A DNA stretch of 63,626 bases, the filler included, from Reticulomyxa filosa (lineage: Eukaryota; Protista; Foraminifera): assembly GCA_000512085.1 (NCBI GenBank). It is 19 parts of 19 records of this genome, joined end to end, with 100 filler letters (N's around TTAATTAATTAA, not from the genome) between each part and the next. Parts side by side here need not be neighbours in the genome. Positions count along the whole stretch, not along the records: positions 39,529 to 46,499 come from ASPP01010737.1; positions 46,600 to 48,835 come from ASPP01001467.1; positions 48,936 to 49,935 come from ASPP01035385.1; positions 50,036 to 51,604 come from ASPP01006442.1; positions 51,705 to 55,899 come from ASPP01005979.1; 14 more parts are not named here. One strand, written 5' to 3'. The translations under genes were made by a program, and so were the position numbers. Shown in pieces: positions 40,037-52,688 of the stretch; positions within the stretch are counted from its first letter, which is position 1, and every line of letters begins with the position of its first letter. The notes below the pieces were generated by a model, which ran no database searches, was not told where the DNA came from, and saw only the letters and a program-made list of their open reading frames with translations.

Positions 40037-41173
40037 TTAAAAGCGAATAGCGGTAATGAAACCCTCACTGTCAGTAACTAATAAAATGGATCCGTCACAA
40101 TTCCAGTCCACATCGAAGAAATCTCTTGCGTCTTTATCACGCCAGTACAACAAGGGATGAGACTGACTCGTGTCAAACACATAAACAGATGACCGGGTGA
40201 TTGCTGCAAAACGCATGCTATAAGTCATTCCATATTTAGAATTCAGCGAGTCTTTGTCAGTGTTTTCTTTATCACAAGGGTACGTACGTGGCGAAAATTT
40301 GCAGACCCGAACGCGATTATCTTCACGTATGACATAACTACTGACTTTTTTCGAAAAGTTTGACCGATGAAACAAATGCACAGCACCCCATATGTTGTCG
40401 TCAAAGCGAATTTGCCCTCCACTTGCGCACAAGTACATTCCATCAGGAGAAAAGCAAGGCTTGCGCCTCAAAGTTGCAACATTTCCGGCAAACAAGTGTT
40501 GTTTGCTCGTTGGAAAAAGAGTCAAGGCATTACCTGGATTTTTGGACTCAAAGCGCACTTTGTCCGAGGTTTTTTCCTCTTTCTCAATTTTTTTCTTTAT
40601 AACTCGACAACTGTTCGCTGTTTGAACAACTAAAAAGTTGTGCATGTCAAATGACACTCCTTGAATAAAAGTCTTTGACAATGACATAGTTTGCAACAAG
40701 GTAATGTCCGGAAATGCAGAAAGGATATATATACCACCACACACTGTCGACACAATCAGTTCATCACTCGAATTCACCCACAATACATCACTCAACTCTT
40801 CTTTTTCAAACCGCTTTTGTTTCAATTGCTTTTCATTCGTGACGTCCCATATTATCAATTTCCCGTCGTCTCCACCACTTGCAAGATAATCTGCTGGTTT
40901 TCCGTCTGTACTTTCACTTTTATTTCCTTTGTACCAATCGATACTATTTATCATACATGTGTGACCTTTCAATGATACCAACTGGTGGAGTCCTGATTTG
41001 TACATTGTCGTATCGCACATATCCCATACTGACACGTGGAAATCTCCTCCTGCTGTGGCCATACACATTTTTTTTGTAGGATGGCATGACACTAGTGCCG
41101 GTGTTGGCCTTGCGACCGAATTTAAATCTTCTGTTGAATGAGTGCAAACATTATAAATGACAATATTAGGCAT
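40037..41173 (-). CDS. CHAF1B: Chromatin assembly factor 1 subunit B (p60/Cac2)-like WD40 protein
   Basis: MATAGGD..V.VW, LKGHTCMIN, YLASGGDDGKLIIW, RRKPCFSPDG, YSMRFAAIT..SVYVFDT and FDVDWNCDG..L...SEGF. A HIRA-type paralog is not excluded. Confidence 0.7.
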   Translation of the reverse strand: MPNIVIYNVCTHSTEDLNSVARPTPALVSCHPTKKMCMATAGGDFHVSVWDMCDTTMYKSGLHQLVSLKGHTCMINSIDWYKGNKSESTDGKPADYLASGGDDGKLIIWDVTNEKQLKQKRFEKEELSDVLWVNSSDELIVSTVCGGIYILSAFPDITLLQTMSLSKTFIQGVSFDMHNFLVVQTANSCRVIKKKIEKEEKTSDKVRFESKNPGNALTLFPTSKQHLFAGNVATLRRKPCFSPDGMYLCASGGQIRFDDNIWGAVHLFHRSNFSKKVSSYVIREDNRVRVCKFSPRTYPCDKENTDKDSLNSKYGMTYSMRFAAITRSSVYVFDTSQSHPLLYWRDKDARDFFDVDWNCDGSILLVTDSEGFITAIRF

Positions 41174-41450
41174 ATCCTTTCTTTTGTTTTTCTCAAGGAC
41201 TGGTCTTTTTGCAACAAGGTTTTTTTGAAGCAACCTGCTTAAAAAAACTGTGCCAGTCACACATTTTATCAAAGTGATTCCATTCAAATCCTTGACAATT
41301 TTTGTAACAAAAAAGAGCTTCTGAAAATTTCAGCATTTTCATTACAGAACCTTAGCGCACGGCAAGTTTCCAAGTTTCTCGTGTTGAAAACGATTTTTTT
41401 TAAAAACAAAGCAACAATGGGGAGTCCAAATTTCTCATTAATTGAAGGGC

Positions 41451-42901
41451 ATGGACTTTTCCCGAGTTTTGGTAGTAGACAATGGGAGCGGAATGATGAA
41501 AGCGGGATATAGTGGAGATGACGCTCCACGAGCAGTCTTTCCGACAGTTGTTGGAAGGGTAAAGGACGGTATAACACTCCCTTATTCCAAGCCTGCCTAC
41601 ATCGGAGACGAGGCAGTCTCCAAAAGAGAAGTATTGAAGTTGAGCTATCCAATCTGGAGAGGAAGCATCACGAACTGGGATGAAATGGAAAAAATTTGGC
41701 ATCATTCTTTTTACAAGTTAAAAAAGAACATGTGGAACTCTCCATAAATAATAAGGATGTTGAAACATAAATGAATATGTACACAAACAAAAAGCGAATT
41801 AGCCGCTGCACCCGAAGATCACCCGCTATTGCTGACCAGTTGTCCATTGAATTCCAAAAAAAGTAAGGAAAAAATGATGGAGGTAAATTTTTAAAAAAAT
41901 TCTCGGAAATTTTCGGGAAAATACTTGGCTTTTTTTTAAAAAAAAGATTGCCTTTGAGACATTCACTTCTCAGGCAGTGCATATAGCCAATCAAGCAGTA
42001 TTGTCGCTGTATTCAACAGGCCGAACAACTGGTGTGGTATTGGAATGTGGTGATGGCGCGACATTTTCAGGTCTGGTGACCGAGGGCAATATCGTGCCTC
42101 AAGGCACATTTCGTTTAGATGTAGGTGGAAGAGACTTAACAGACTGGATGATGATACTTTTGACGGAGACGGGGTATTCATTCACCACTGTGGCCGAGAG
42201 AGCATTGATTCAAAGTGTTAAAGAGTCATTTGCATTTGTTTCTTGTCAGTATCAAGACGATTTGAAAAAATCGAGTACATCATTTGAAAAGTTGTATGAA
42301 CTACCTGATGGAGAACTTATCACTGCTTCTTCTGAACGATTTAGGTTTAATTTTTTATTTCTTTTCTTCTTCTTACGCTGACCATAACACCACTTCATAT
42401 GTTATTTTATCTTTTATTACAACAATACGTATACTATGTACTACTTACAATATGCATGAAGTATTTATGCTATACACGAATGCACATTCATATACACATA
42501 TGTATGTGGATATATTACACAACTTTTTTGAAAATAGATGTACCGAAGCATTATTTAACCCGGTCATGGTTGGAGTTACGGATTGTGAAGGCATCCACAA
42601 ACTAATCTATGAAAGTATCTTGGCTTGTGACAAGGACCTTCAAAGCCAGTTGTATTCGTCTATCGTCCTGGGTGGACGTGGCGCCCGCTTTCCTGGCCTG
42701 GGTGAGCGTCTGAAAAATGAAGTTGCTGCATTGGCACCTTCCAGTGCCAAAATTAATGTTATACCACCAGAGTCCTATGGTTATACCGCATGGATGGGAG
42801 GAAGTATTTGGACTTCTATTGATGAGTCTAAGTTTTCATTTATTACTTCGCAAGAGTACAAAGAAGGAGGAACAACCGTTGTACACAGGAAATGTTTTTA
42901 A
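41451..42901 (+). CDS. Divergent actin / actin-related protein, 4 exons
   Basis: [69 protein letters not shown] and VVHRKCF. Introns 41717-~41794, 41883-41946, 42345-~42538. Confidence 0.92.
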
Positions 42902-44375
42902 ATGCAGATATGTTGTTATTGCATTGAAAGGTGCAAAGAGACTACACATTCACAACTGATGAAAAGACAAAATTACTTATAATTTTTTACCTCCATTTTT
43001 GAAAAAGTTATTACTTATTCTTTTTTTATCACAGTTTAGATCTTGTTTTTACTCGTATCCATTTATACCGTATTTCACAAATGCTAAGAACAAGACAAAC
43101 AAGAAAACTTTTTCAGAGGAGGTTCTTTTTCAACAATATTATTAAAAAGTATCTTGACTCGGATTTGTTCTTAGGTTTTTTTTAAAAGACTGGTGACCGC
43201 AGTATATCATTTCATCATGGAAATAAACTTGATATCCCCCGTCCACTGCAAGGAAAAGAGTGATAACAGGAGAATGGAAGAGCAAAAGACGCCAAAAAAC
43301 AACTGCTGTTGCACTCGCAAGATCGTAAGTTCACCGTGACAAACAAGGAAGATGCGCTTCTGTCGTTTAAACAAAAACGAAATAAGAAGCACAAGAAAAC
43401 TTCATCTTTTTTCGGAATATCATCAACTCTAATTCAAATGAGTTTGCCGTGTAATCTAAATGGCAAAGATATGTTTACGTAACATTAGTGGGAAATATGA
43501 ATACAATCAAAAGATAGAGAACTTTGAATTATTCAAAGAATGTTTCAAGAAATTACACTTATCGCAAAATGTGTAACGTGTGTTATTTCCGATATGATTT
43601 TTTTTAATGGACTTGAAATGTGTTCATTAATGAAAGTAGAAGCAAAAAAAATCTGAAAGTGAAACAAACTAAAAAATAAGTGTAAAAAATTTTTGGTTTA
43701 TTCGGTAATGCGCATATCATGCCGTACATTCCTGTTTGCAAATTTTTTTAAAAAGGGATAATTTTTTTGTTGGTTCAATTTGAATTGACATTTGCTCTTA
43801 TTGATATCAAATGAAATTTATTTAAATATTTGTTGATATTAAAAAAAGAAATTCAGTGCTTATTTTCACAACTGGACATGTCTTCAATTCTGAATTATGT
43901 TGGGCCATGATAAACAGTTTTTTAACAAATAGAAAAGGGAACAAAAAGGGCAAAAAAAATAAAAAAAATCAAACTGCGCTGACAGCAGGAAAAAAAATGG
44001 AAGAAGCAAATGGCAGATTGAGAAATGAGCTTTCGTGGACGAGAAAAGAGAGTTATGACCTGGTTGGCTAGGAAAAAACTTAATACTTGTTGTGTTGACA
44101 ACGGTTTGATTTTTTGAAATAATAGTGGAACGCTATTTGAGCAAGATCTGTGACGTGAGTGGATTGACATTCAAGCCACACACAAAACAGAAAAAAATCA
44201 ATACAAAATTTTTAATTTTTTTTTGTTAATACAAAAACTAAGAGATAATAAGTATTGTTTAGAAATTTCTGGAGAAAATACAAGTAAAGTGAGTGATGGG
44301 GGGAAAAAAGGAACAAAGTGAAGAAGCGAAATTGAAACAAAAAAAAAAAAAAAGAGAGAAAAAGAAGAACAAAAA

Positions 44376-46498
44376 ATGGAAGAGAAAGAATATATAGAAA
44401 TAGATGAAGAAAATAAATTGGAAAGAAACCAATGGGAATTAGTGAATGAAAAAGTGAATTTTACAGTCCAAAAAGACAAAAAAAATGAAAAAAGGATAAA
44501 CAACAACAAAAAATTGCAAAAATGGTTCAACGGAAAGTATGTTAGCAGAGATAAATGTATTATTAAAGTTTCCACCGATTGCACATATTCTCAATGGAAT
44601 CAAAAACCACAAGATGTAAAAAACAAAAGTATTATGAAATACTTTGGAAATAGATATGGGAAAATAATCAAGTTATCAATTAGACAAAATAAAAAAGTAG
44701 AAATATAAGCACGTTATTTGAAAACAAACAACAAAAAAACAGAATATCGTGGTGTAGCGATGATGAAGTAATGTTGACATTTGCTGAACACTTTGTGGAT
44801 ATGGCAATAGATGAACACGAGAAAGAGAAAACTGAATTACAAAATAGAGAAAAGACTAAATTACAAAGTAAAGAAAAAACAAAAAAAGAATTTGAAATAA
44901 TTACAATAGCATATTTATTGATTAAGCCATGTACAAAATATATTTTGCAATCCAAATGTAAAGAAAAAGAATGTCCAAAAACGCATGGACCATTATTTAA
45001 AGTTGATTTTGTGAAAAATGGTGACAATAATGAAAATGAATGGAAAAATAAAAGACAAAAAATAATTTTGCCAATTATAAAACAAGAATATTTTGAATGG
45101 TGGTGTGAAAATGAATTAAAATTAAATAAAAGAGAATTGAAAAAAAGAGGAAAATATGTTAATCGATATGGTATAGCTATTAAAATAAAATCAACTGAAG
45201 GATATAATGAAATGAAAGAAAAAAACAAATTCATAAAGCAATTTTTTCAAGAACGATATGGACCAATTGTAAAGTTAAAAAAAAGATTTGAATATAATAT
45301 AAATACAATATTTTATATATTTTTGGATATATAGCACTATTTGGATTGATACATCAAAAATCATTCGTTTTATTTTTAAATATCCTTTTGCCGATCTTAT
45401 TGTCAATGATTATATTAAAAAAAATATCGATTGTCAGAGCAGATGTAATTTAAAATATTATCAAATTTGGAAGATTCATTGGGATATTATTAGTTGCTGT
45501 TCGTCATGTTTTTTAAAGCAGGACTTACATTCATTACCTTTTTTTTGTTTACATTCACAAACAATTGATTTTTTTCCAATCGGCTTATTTCGTTGTTGTC
45601 ATTCCGATCTTTTGAAACATGCAAAATTATTGAGATTAGGTCTTGTATTTGATCAAGTAGTGGAATGTTATGATCAATATTTTTCTTCTTTGCTATTGCC
45701 ATTGGACAATCATTCAAGTTATTGCAAAAAATAAAATACAATTTTATTATCTTTTATTTATTTATTTTTGTTGTCGTCTCAGAAAAAGAAGTTGATGAAC
45801 AAACTATTGGATCACAGCCATTTGATGTCAAATATTGGCTTGCATTGGAGAAATTAAAAGTTTTGAACTGAGTAATAAAAAAAAAAATAAGAAAGAAATA
45901 TACAATAAATCTTTTTTTTATTATTAATTTTAAAAAATAATAATAGATGAAGAAAATTGAAGAAGAACGACAACCGGTAATTGATATTTAAAAAAATATC
46001 ATTGAAAGACTCAAATGTTTATTTTGGTTGTTTGTTTGTGAATATTTGATTTCAAAAAAGCGAAATAGAGACTCAGATAGAAAAATGGCAAATGATATTC
46101 GTGTATCAGTACCATTATCGTCTTGTGTAATTGCAAAGTCAACAATATTCTGTTCTTCAAAATCGTTCAGATTTAGTATCTTAAAACCAAAAGTTAAAAG
46201 AAAAATGTACATATATTAAATAACAGAATAACAATAAAAATAAATAAATAGAGACAAATTAGCAATGAAAAACATAAGAAAGTAGTGATTGGAAAAAAAC
46301 AACTAGAAGGAAATTTTCAATCTGTTCAGTTACAATCACAGTCACATGCACAATCACAGTCACGATCACAGCAACGATCACGGTCACAGTCACGGTCACA
46401 GCCACGATTACGGTCACAGCCACGATTACGGTCACAACCACAGTCACAGTCACAGCAACAGCCACAGCAACAGCTACAGTCACAGTCACAGCAACAGC
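44376..46498 (+). CDS. Hypothetical protein with two related RRM-like segments, a CCCH-like motif and a Gln/Ser/Arg-rich repeat
   Basis: Internal similarity GKYVSR...MKYFGNRYGKIIKL versus GKYVNR...KQFFQERYGPIVKL; C-x6-C-x4-C-x3-H (CTKYILQSKCKEKECPKTH). Exon structure is uncertain. Confidence 0.35.
46328..46498 (+). repeat. Hexamer-based coding repeat (CAGTCA/CGGTCA; QS/RS)
   Basis: Degenerate tandem 6-mers running into the contig end. Confidence 0.8.
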
Positions 46499-48388
46499 CN
46501 NNNNNNNNNNNNNNNNNNNNNNNNNNNNNNNNNNNNNNNNNNNTTAATTAATTAANNNNNNNNNNNNNNNNNNNNNNNNNNNNNNNNNNNNNNNNNNNNA
46601 ACAACAACAACAACACTGCCATGACGGATATCAATACGACGAATCTGCTTCCCAATCACGGTACCGCACTTGATCCCAATCTCAGTAGCGACGACAATGG
46701 ACGATCGTCAATCATGTTTCACGACGACGGGGTCACACCTACAACCAAGAGACCCAACAAAAAAAAAGTAGAAAGAACTTCGGATACAACTATTATCGAA
46801 CAATCGATGGAAAGAAAAAATATTGTCAAGCAATCCTCACGATTGAGCACTCAAAAAAAAAATGGTTAAAAAAAAAAAAAAAAAAAAAAAATTATTTTTA
46901 TCCTCCTTTTTGATGAAAGATGAAAACAACTGTTGCAACAATGATAACCAACAGAAAATGGAATTGCCAATTCGTCATTGCTAAACCATTACATGCCATT
47001 TTCATTCAATAATAAAGAGTATGATCCGATGATTAACGACAATCCGTATTTAGATCCACAACTAATTAAGTTCATGGGAACCTTTCAAGACACTTCAACG
47101 TACTTATTTATCTTTTTTTTTTTTAAAAAAAAAAAAAAAGTCAAATTGATGGAATGATACATCTTTGTTATGATTGATTGGTTGACAAATACAACAGAAA
47201 CTCGGCAAATCGAACCAACACTAAAGACACAAAGGAGACAAGTAAACCAGATCGATCCGAAATGTCCAATGATCACTCCAAAGCTAAATCGTCTTATACG
47301 TCTAACGTTGCTACGGGACAAAATATCATTGCGTCGCATTCCGAATCTGTGGTGGGCGGTGAAAATTCATTCCCTCAAAAGGTTTGCAAAAGATGTAACT
47401 TACACTTTCTTTATTATTATATATATATATTTTCATGCTTCAAAACATGATCTTGACACACAATATTCACTTTTTATGAAATATTTTGTATCACTTCGGG
47501 ATCAACATAGGAAACGAAACGCAAGTATCCTCAATCTGCATCAACCAACGACTCTGGCTCTCAACAAGAACAGTCTCTTTCATCGACTAACATGCAAAAA
47601 TTGTCATCGCGACAGCCAACAAAACCATAACTTTTATCAAACTTAATTGAGTCAACAGAAAAATAAAATCAAGGCAAATAAAAATCGTATGTATTTTTTT
47701 ATTTTACTTTGTTTTGTTTTGTTTTATTTTGTTTGTTTTGTTTTTTGTTTGTCTTGTTCTTGGTCATCACTTTTCTTTGTTTTTCCAAACATTGTGATCG
47801 AGAAGACAGTAGAAAAACAAATTACATGACCTCGAAACGTAAAATTCTACTTTTTTTTGTTTTCCTTTATAGTCTTGGTGACAATCTTTTTTTTCCATAA
47901 CTTTTTTCCTTGGAGCACAAATTTCTTTTTTTTGTGGCATATTTTTTGTGTTCATCTTTTAATGTATTTCTTTTTTTTTTTTTTTGCCTATCTTTGTTTC
48001 ATAACAAATGGCTTTTCAAAGTGCTTAATACGCTTTTAATTTCATATTCTCCTATAGTTATCGGGATTTCACAATTAAATTACAAGCGACTTATACAATA
48101 TTTTTCAACGTCTTATCTTAGCAAAGCCAAATAAAAACAAATTGCTCAGAACGACAGCTTGTGCGATTTTTTTGAAAAAATTGAAACTTACAATGTCCGT
48201 GTAAAGTAACAAAAAGAGTAAATATTTATGTAAGCCACTTCAACAAGACTAATCCACCTTTATGAAATAAGATTTTGACTTTTTATCCTTTTCAAAATAA
48301 AGAGCTTTAACCTTCGGCTAGAACCTATTACTTGAAAAGTTCGATAAAAAATTTTTTGCATTTATTCTTAAAACACATCCCCTCGAAA

Positions 48389-48710
48389 ATGTCAAGAATA
48401 AAAACAGTTTTTTCTGAGGACATCAGAATGTTCAGATTTCAAGGAAAGGATTGCTATGACGAACTTTTGAAATTTATAAGCAGCGTCTACGAACTGCAGC
48501 AAAAACCATTTATACTGCATTATTTTGATGATGAAAATGTAAAAAATGAGTTTTCACTTGTTGAAAAAAACAAAGATTGAATACAAACAAACGAAATTCA
48601 CAACACAAACCTCGACAGGACCGCATAACGATTGGTTGTCCAGAAGATCTAACAGATGCGCTGACACTTGCTAACGATACGAAGCAAACTTGAAGGTCTA
48701 CGTTACTCTG
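48389..48710 (+). CDS. PB1-domain protein, 5' part
   Basis: RIKTVFSEDIRMFRF...YDELLKFI...FILHYFDDEN|DRITIGCPEDLTDAL gives the PB1 basic Lys and OPCA motif. A probable 1-nt homopolymer indel lies at ~48688. Confidence 0.75.
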
Positions 48711-49110
48711 GTATGTAGCATGTTAATACATCACGCATAAAAAAAAAAGTTTACTACTCTAAATTTCCTTTTTTTTTTTTTTTGACAACTCAAAAAAAAA
48801 AAAAGAAAAAGGATACATCAAAGACCGAGAAAAAANNNNNNNNNNNNNNNNNNNNNNNNNNNNNNNNNNNNNNNNNNNNTTAATTAATTAANNNNNNNNN
48901 NNNNNNNNNNNNNNNNNNNNNNNNNNNNNNNNNNNACAAAAAAATTTTTTGTTTGAATACTGGGGGTAAGTAATTTTTTTTTTTTTGGAACAAAAAAAAT
49001 TGAATTTTTTAAGTTTCTGGAAGTTCTTTTTCTCGGTTCAAAAAAAGGGGTTTTTTTAAAAAAAGTTTTAGGCTACAACTCTACGAAAAAAAAGTTTAAA
49101 AATTTTTTTT

Positions 49111-49935
49111 TTATGAAGACGTTTGATAAATTTGACTTTGAGGTTTTTTTCCACAAAGCACACGAAACAAGACACTGACACCACTGGTAGGAGCGTTTAA
49201 TTGTTGCTCTCTTTCCACGGTGGTCATTTGCCGCTCCCCATATTTGATTTTCTCATTTAAAGTGAGTTGCTGAGAAATCATTGTAAAATAGCCGCAACTC
49301 ATAGGAAGCAGGGCCAATGAAAAGATACCGGCCCAACCAGCGGCCATGACAGCGCCAAGTGTTTCGAGTTTGGTCAAGTGGCCAGTGCCTGGATAGCGCG
49401 ACAACATCATGGCCATGGTAATGCAACAGATGGTCGCATACACCCCTGCACAAGTGATAAAGCCGACGAAATAACGAATATTACGTTCGGCTACACAAGT
49501 ACCGACCCAAGGACAATGATGGTCAAAGCCATTGACGCAAGCGTCACAAGTGGAACAATGCTTTGCATGAATCGGACGATAGATATTACACGTCTCACAG
49601 TAACGGTCTTTTTCATTGGCGGGACCGAACACTGGCCCCTCTTTTGTAGCTCTTGGTATAATCCCTGGGTCCGTTGTGTTCGTGCGGATCAAAAAATAAT
49701 CCGTCAGCAAAGCAAACATCAGTGAAAATATCATCGTCACTACAAACGTCCCTGCGCTATAGTGGGGCAACACTGTGATGAGGATCCAGTAGTATGGGAT
49801 TGACGGAATCCATTGCACTAACAATGTCATTGTAAACATACCATACTCTGATCCTCCAATTATTCGGTTGTTACAACACACTTTATTTTTACTCTCCAAT
49901 ATCACTACTTTTGGACATCCTGCTGTGCTATTTGA
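49111..49935 (-). CDS. DHHC palmitoyltransferase (ERF2/ZDHHC9-like), 5' truncated
   Basis: [51 protein letters not shown], four TM helices and TLNE. Confidence 0.93.
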   Translation of the reverse strand, partial: SNSTAGCPKVVILESKNKVCCNNRIIGGSEYGMFTMTLLVQWIPSIPYYWILITVLPHYSAGTFVVTMIFSLMFALLTDYFLIRTNTTDPGIIPRATKEGPVFGPANEKDRYCETCNIYRPIHAKHCSTCDACVNGFDHHCPWVGTCVAERNIRYFVGFITCAGVYATICCITMAMMLSRYPGTGHLTKLETLGAVMAAGWAGIFSLALLPMSCGYFTMISQQLTLNEKIKYGERQMTTVEREQQLNAPTSGVSVLFRVLCGKKPQSQIYQTSS

Positions 49936-50836
49936 NNNNNNNNNNNNNNNNNNNNNNNNNNNNNNNNNNNNNNNNNNNNTTAATTAATTAANNNNNNNNN
50001 NNNNNNNNNNNNNNNNNNNNNNNNNNNNNNNNNNNTTTTTACAAACTAATGTATTATCCTTATCATTGGATAAAGCGCTCATTAATGAGATTCGATCTGG
50101 GCAACAAAATCAAGGACACAAACTAAATATGATCTATCAAATATTCGACATCAATCAAAGAATAGTTTTGTACTAGTTGAGTGATATATTCTTGATCAAG
50201 TGATAATATAATTCGTTTTTGAATGTTTATTTTTGTCTTTTTTTCCGTAAAATCGTTACAAGTGCCTCATTTTTATTTAGCAAAAATAACACAATATTTT
50301 GATTCTATTCAAAAATATTTTAAAATGCTTTTTTTTGAAAACAGGCACACTTTTCATTTCATATGTCCCCTTTATATGACACATTATGCATTATTAAATT
50401 TTTGCAGTGCATGCGGCAAAAGATGTATATATGTTTTGTTAATTTAATGAGGTACGATTCATATTTTAAGACTGGAAAAGAGATTGAATGTATTTGTTTC
50501 CAGAAAAAAGAGAGCAAAAATGTAGAATAAATTTATTTGTTTGTTTTTTGCTATCTTAAGTTTGACCAAATACTGCTACATTTATCGGGTTCTTTAGGCA
50601 ATGCTTTTTTAAAAGAGCCAGTAATGTAAAAAACGCTTTAGTAAACAACATTGACAAAAGAATGTAATTAGACTGAAGTGAGAGATTGCATGGCAACACA
50701 ACTTTTGTAAGTAAAAAGGTAGAAAGGAGAAAACTCAAGAATTTTTCTTTATTTTGTATACTTTAGGTGTTGCATTCTTGTCTTTTGTCTAAGTAATTCA
50801 TTTCTCGCTCCTTCTCTCTCTCTCTCTCTAAACATA

Positions 50837-51506
50837 ATGTCATTGTTAGTTTTGGTGATATGGATGGGCTTTGTAGAGTGTGTGTTTGTGACGACGTTGT
50901 GTTTTTACATGCGTCGAGTTCATCCGTATCGCAGCAAAACGTTTATGAAGAAGCGTTACTATACATTGATGGCGTGGACAAACGTGTACTTGCTGCTGAG
51001 CCTCGCGGTGACGGGACCATTGTACTTTGGTCCGGAGTTGTTAGAGTTTCCGCGAGAAACGAGGTTTTATCTCGAGTTGGTATCAGTGCCCTTGCGTGAC
51101 GCGGCAAGAAATGCATTTGTGTATGCGACAATACTACGATATTGGATGATAAGTTTCGACCTAAACTATGCCATCTTTCAGCTGAACGACCAATGGAAGT
51201 CTTGCATTAATGAGCATTACCTGCTCAAGCAAAACCAAGAAAAGATGTGGTATCATATGCACAAGGTGTCGTTTGGAAACTACTCGTGGATGAAACGGCT
51301 TACGCTCTTTGTTTTTTGTTTGGCCGACGGTATTGGTAGCACGTTTTACATTTTGGGAGCTGCGGAAGAATATGGCCGCTTGTCTTCCAACATTTGGCAG
51401 CAAACTACCATCATCTACCGATCTGTACACTACTTCCTTTTATTTCTCGTGCTTTTGTTTATCTATTTCAACTTGCCTAAACTTGAGGACCCTTTGTTTA
51501 TTCGGG
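50837..51506 (+). CDS. Multi-pass membrane protein (GPCR-like), 5' part
   Basis: At least five hydrophobic helices with coding-like composition; truncated at an intron and spacer. Confidence 0.6.
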
Positions 51507-51572
51507 GTACGTATACTCATAATTGCAAAACAATTTTTTTTTTTTTTTTTAAAAAAAACAAAATACGTATAC

Positions 51573-51604
<32 letters not shown>

Positions 51605-51749
51605 NNNNNNNNNNNNNNNNNNNNNNNNNNNNNNNNNNNNNNNNNNNNTTAATTAATTAANNNNNNNNNNNNNNNNNNNNNNNNNNNNNNNNNNNNNNNN
51701 NNNNTTTTTCTTCTTCTTTTTTTTCTTCATTTTTATTTTCTTTCTTGTT

Positions 51750-52124
51750 TAATTGGGGATAACATTCTTTGAAGGCAAGACGGACCATTTGTGCGCCGCA
51801 AGGACAGACAACTAAAAGTTCAACATCTGCATCAGAAGGATTATAAGGGCGAATATATTTGTTATCATTTTGTACTATCTTCATAACGTACTCACCATTG
51901 ATTCTGTATTGCACCTTTCGGTAAATACACCAAAGATTTTCTTGGTTATTTTTAACTATCTCATTTTATCATACCTGATAAAATATTCCATCATCATCAT
52001 CAATAACTTTTGTCACACGTCCAAACACCCACTTTTTGTGAGTGTTTGAATAAATTTTACAAAAAGCACCACGGCTCAACTTAATATTATCCTTTGTTTC
52101 TCTAAAAGACTCAAGATCTAACAT
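51750..52124 (-). CDS. Protein with an N-terminal SH3/Tudor-like beta-barrel, 5' part
   Basis: Spliced MLDLESF...GAFCKIYSNTHKKWVFGRVTKVIDDDDGIFYQ|VQYRING...KYIRP followed by CPCG. Confidence 0.5.
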
Positions 52125-52688
52125 TTTGGCAGTCTACTCCAAGAATTTATTGAACAGAACAAAAAGACGGAACTACGCCGTAAGACTCCAAAGCCGCAAC
52201 CAACAGACACATGACCGAACAAAATCGAAAATATCAATATTTTATACAACTAAATTATATAAATAACAATTTGTATGCTAAAAGTTTTTGCATCATCAAC
52301 ACCGATTTAAGATATGTAATGATCGCATCCTTTGAGATTTCAATATTCCAAAGACTAGAGGGTATTGTTTGATTATACTAATTATTTTGTGAATCTTTCT
52401 TGGCGACGGATTTATTGAAGTTATAGTCAGTAATGATTACTGATCGATAACAAAGCCCAGGACGTTAGAACACTTTAATAAAAACTTTGTCAATTTATTT
52501 TATTCGTTTTTTATTTACTGAGTTTTATTCAAAAAAGTCAATCAGGTAACTTCATTTCTTTTTATATTGTCGTTTTTTAATGTAGTTTTACACAGATAAA
52601 TGAAAAAATCAAACACGTTTGGCCGAACTATTTTTTTAAAAAAAAGAAAATGGAAGTGTAGACCCCGTCAACTTCTATTGGTATTATA

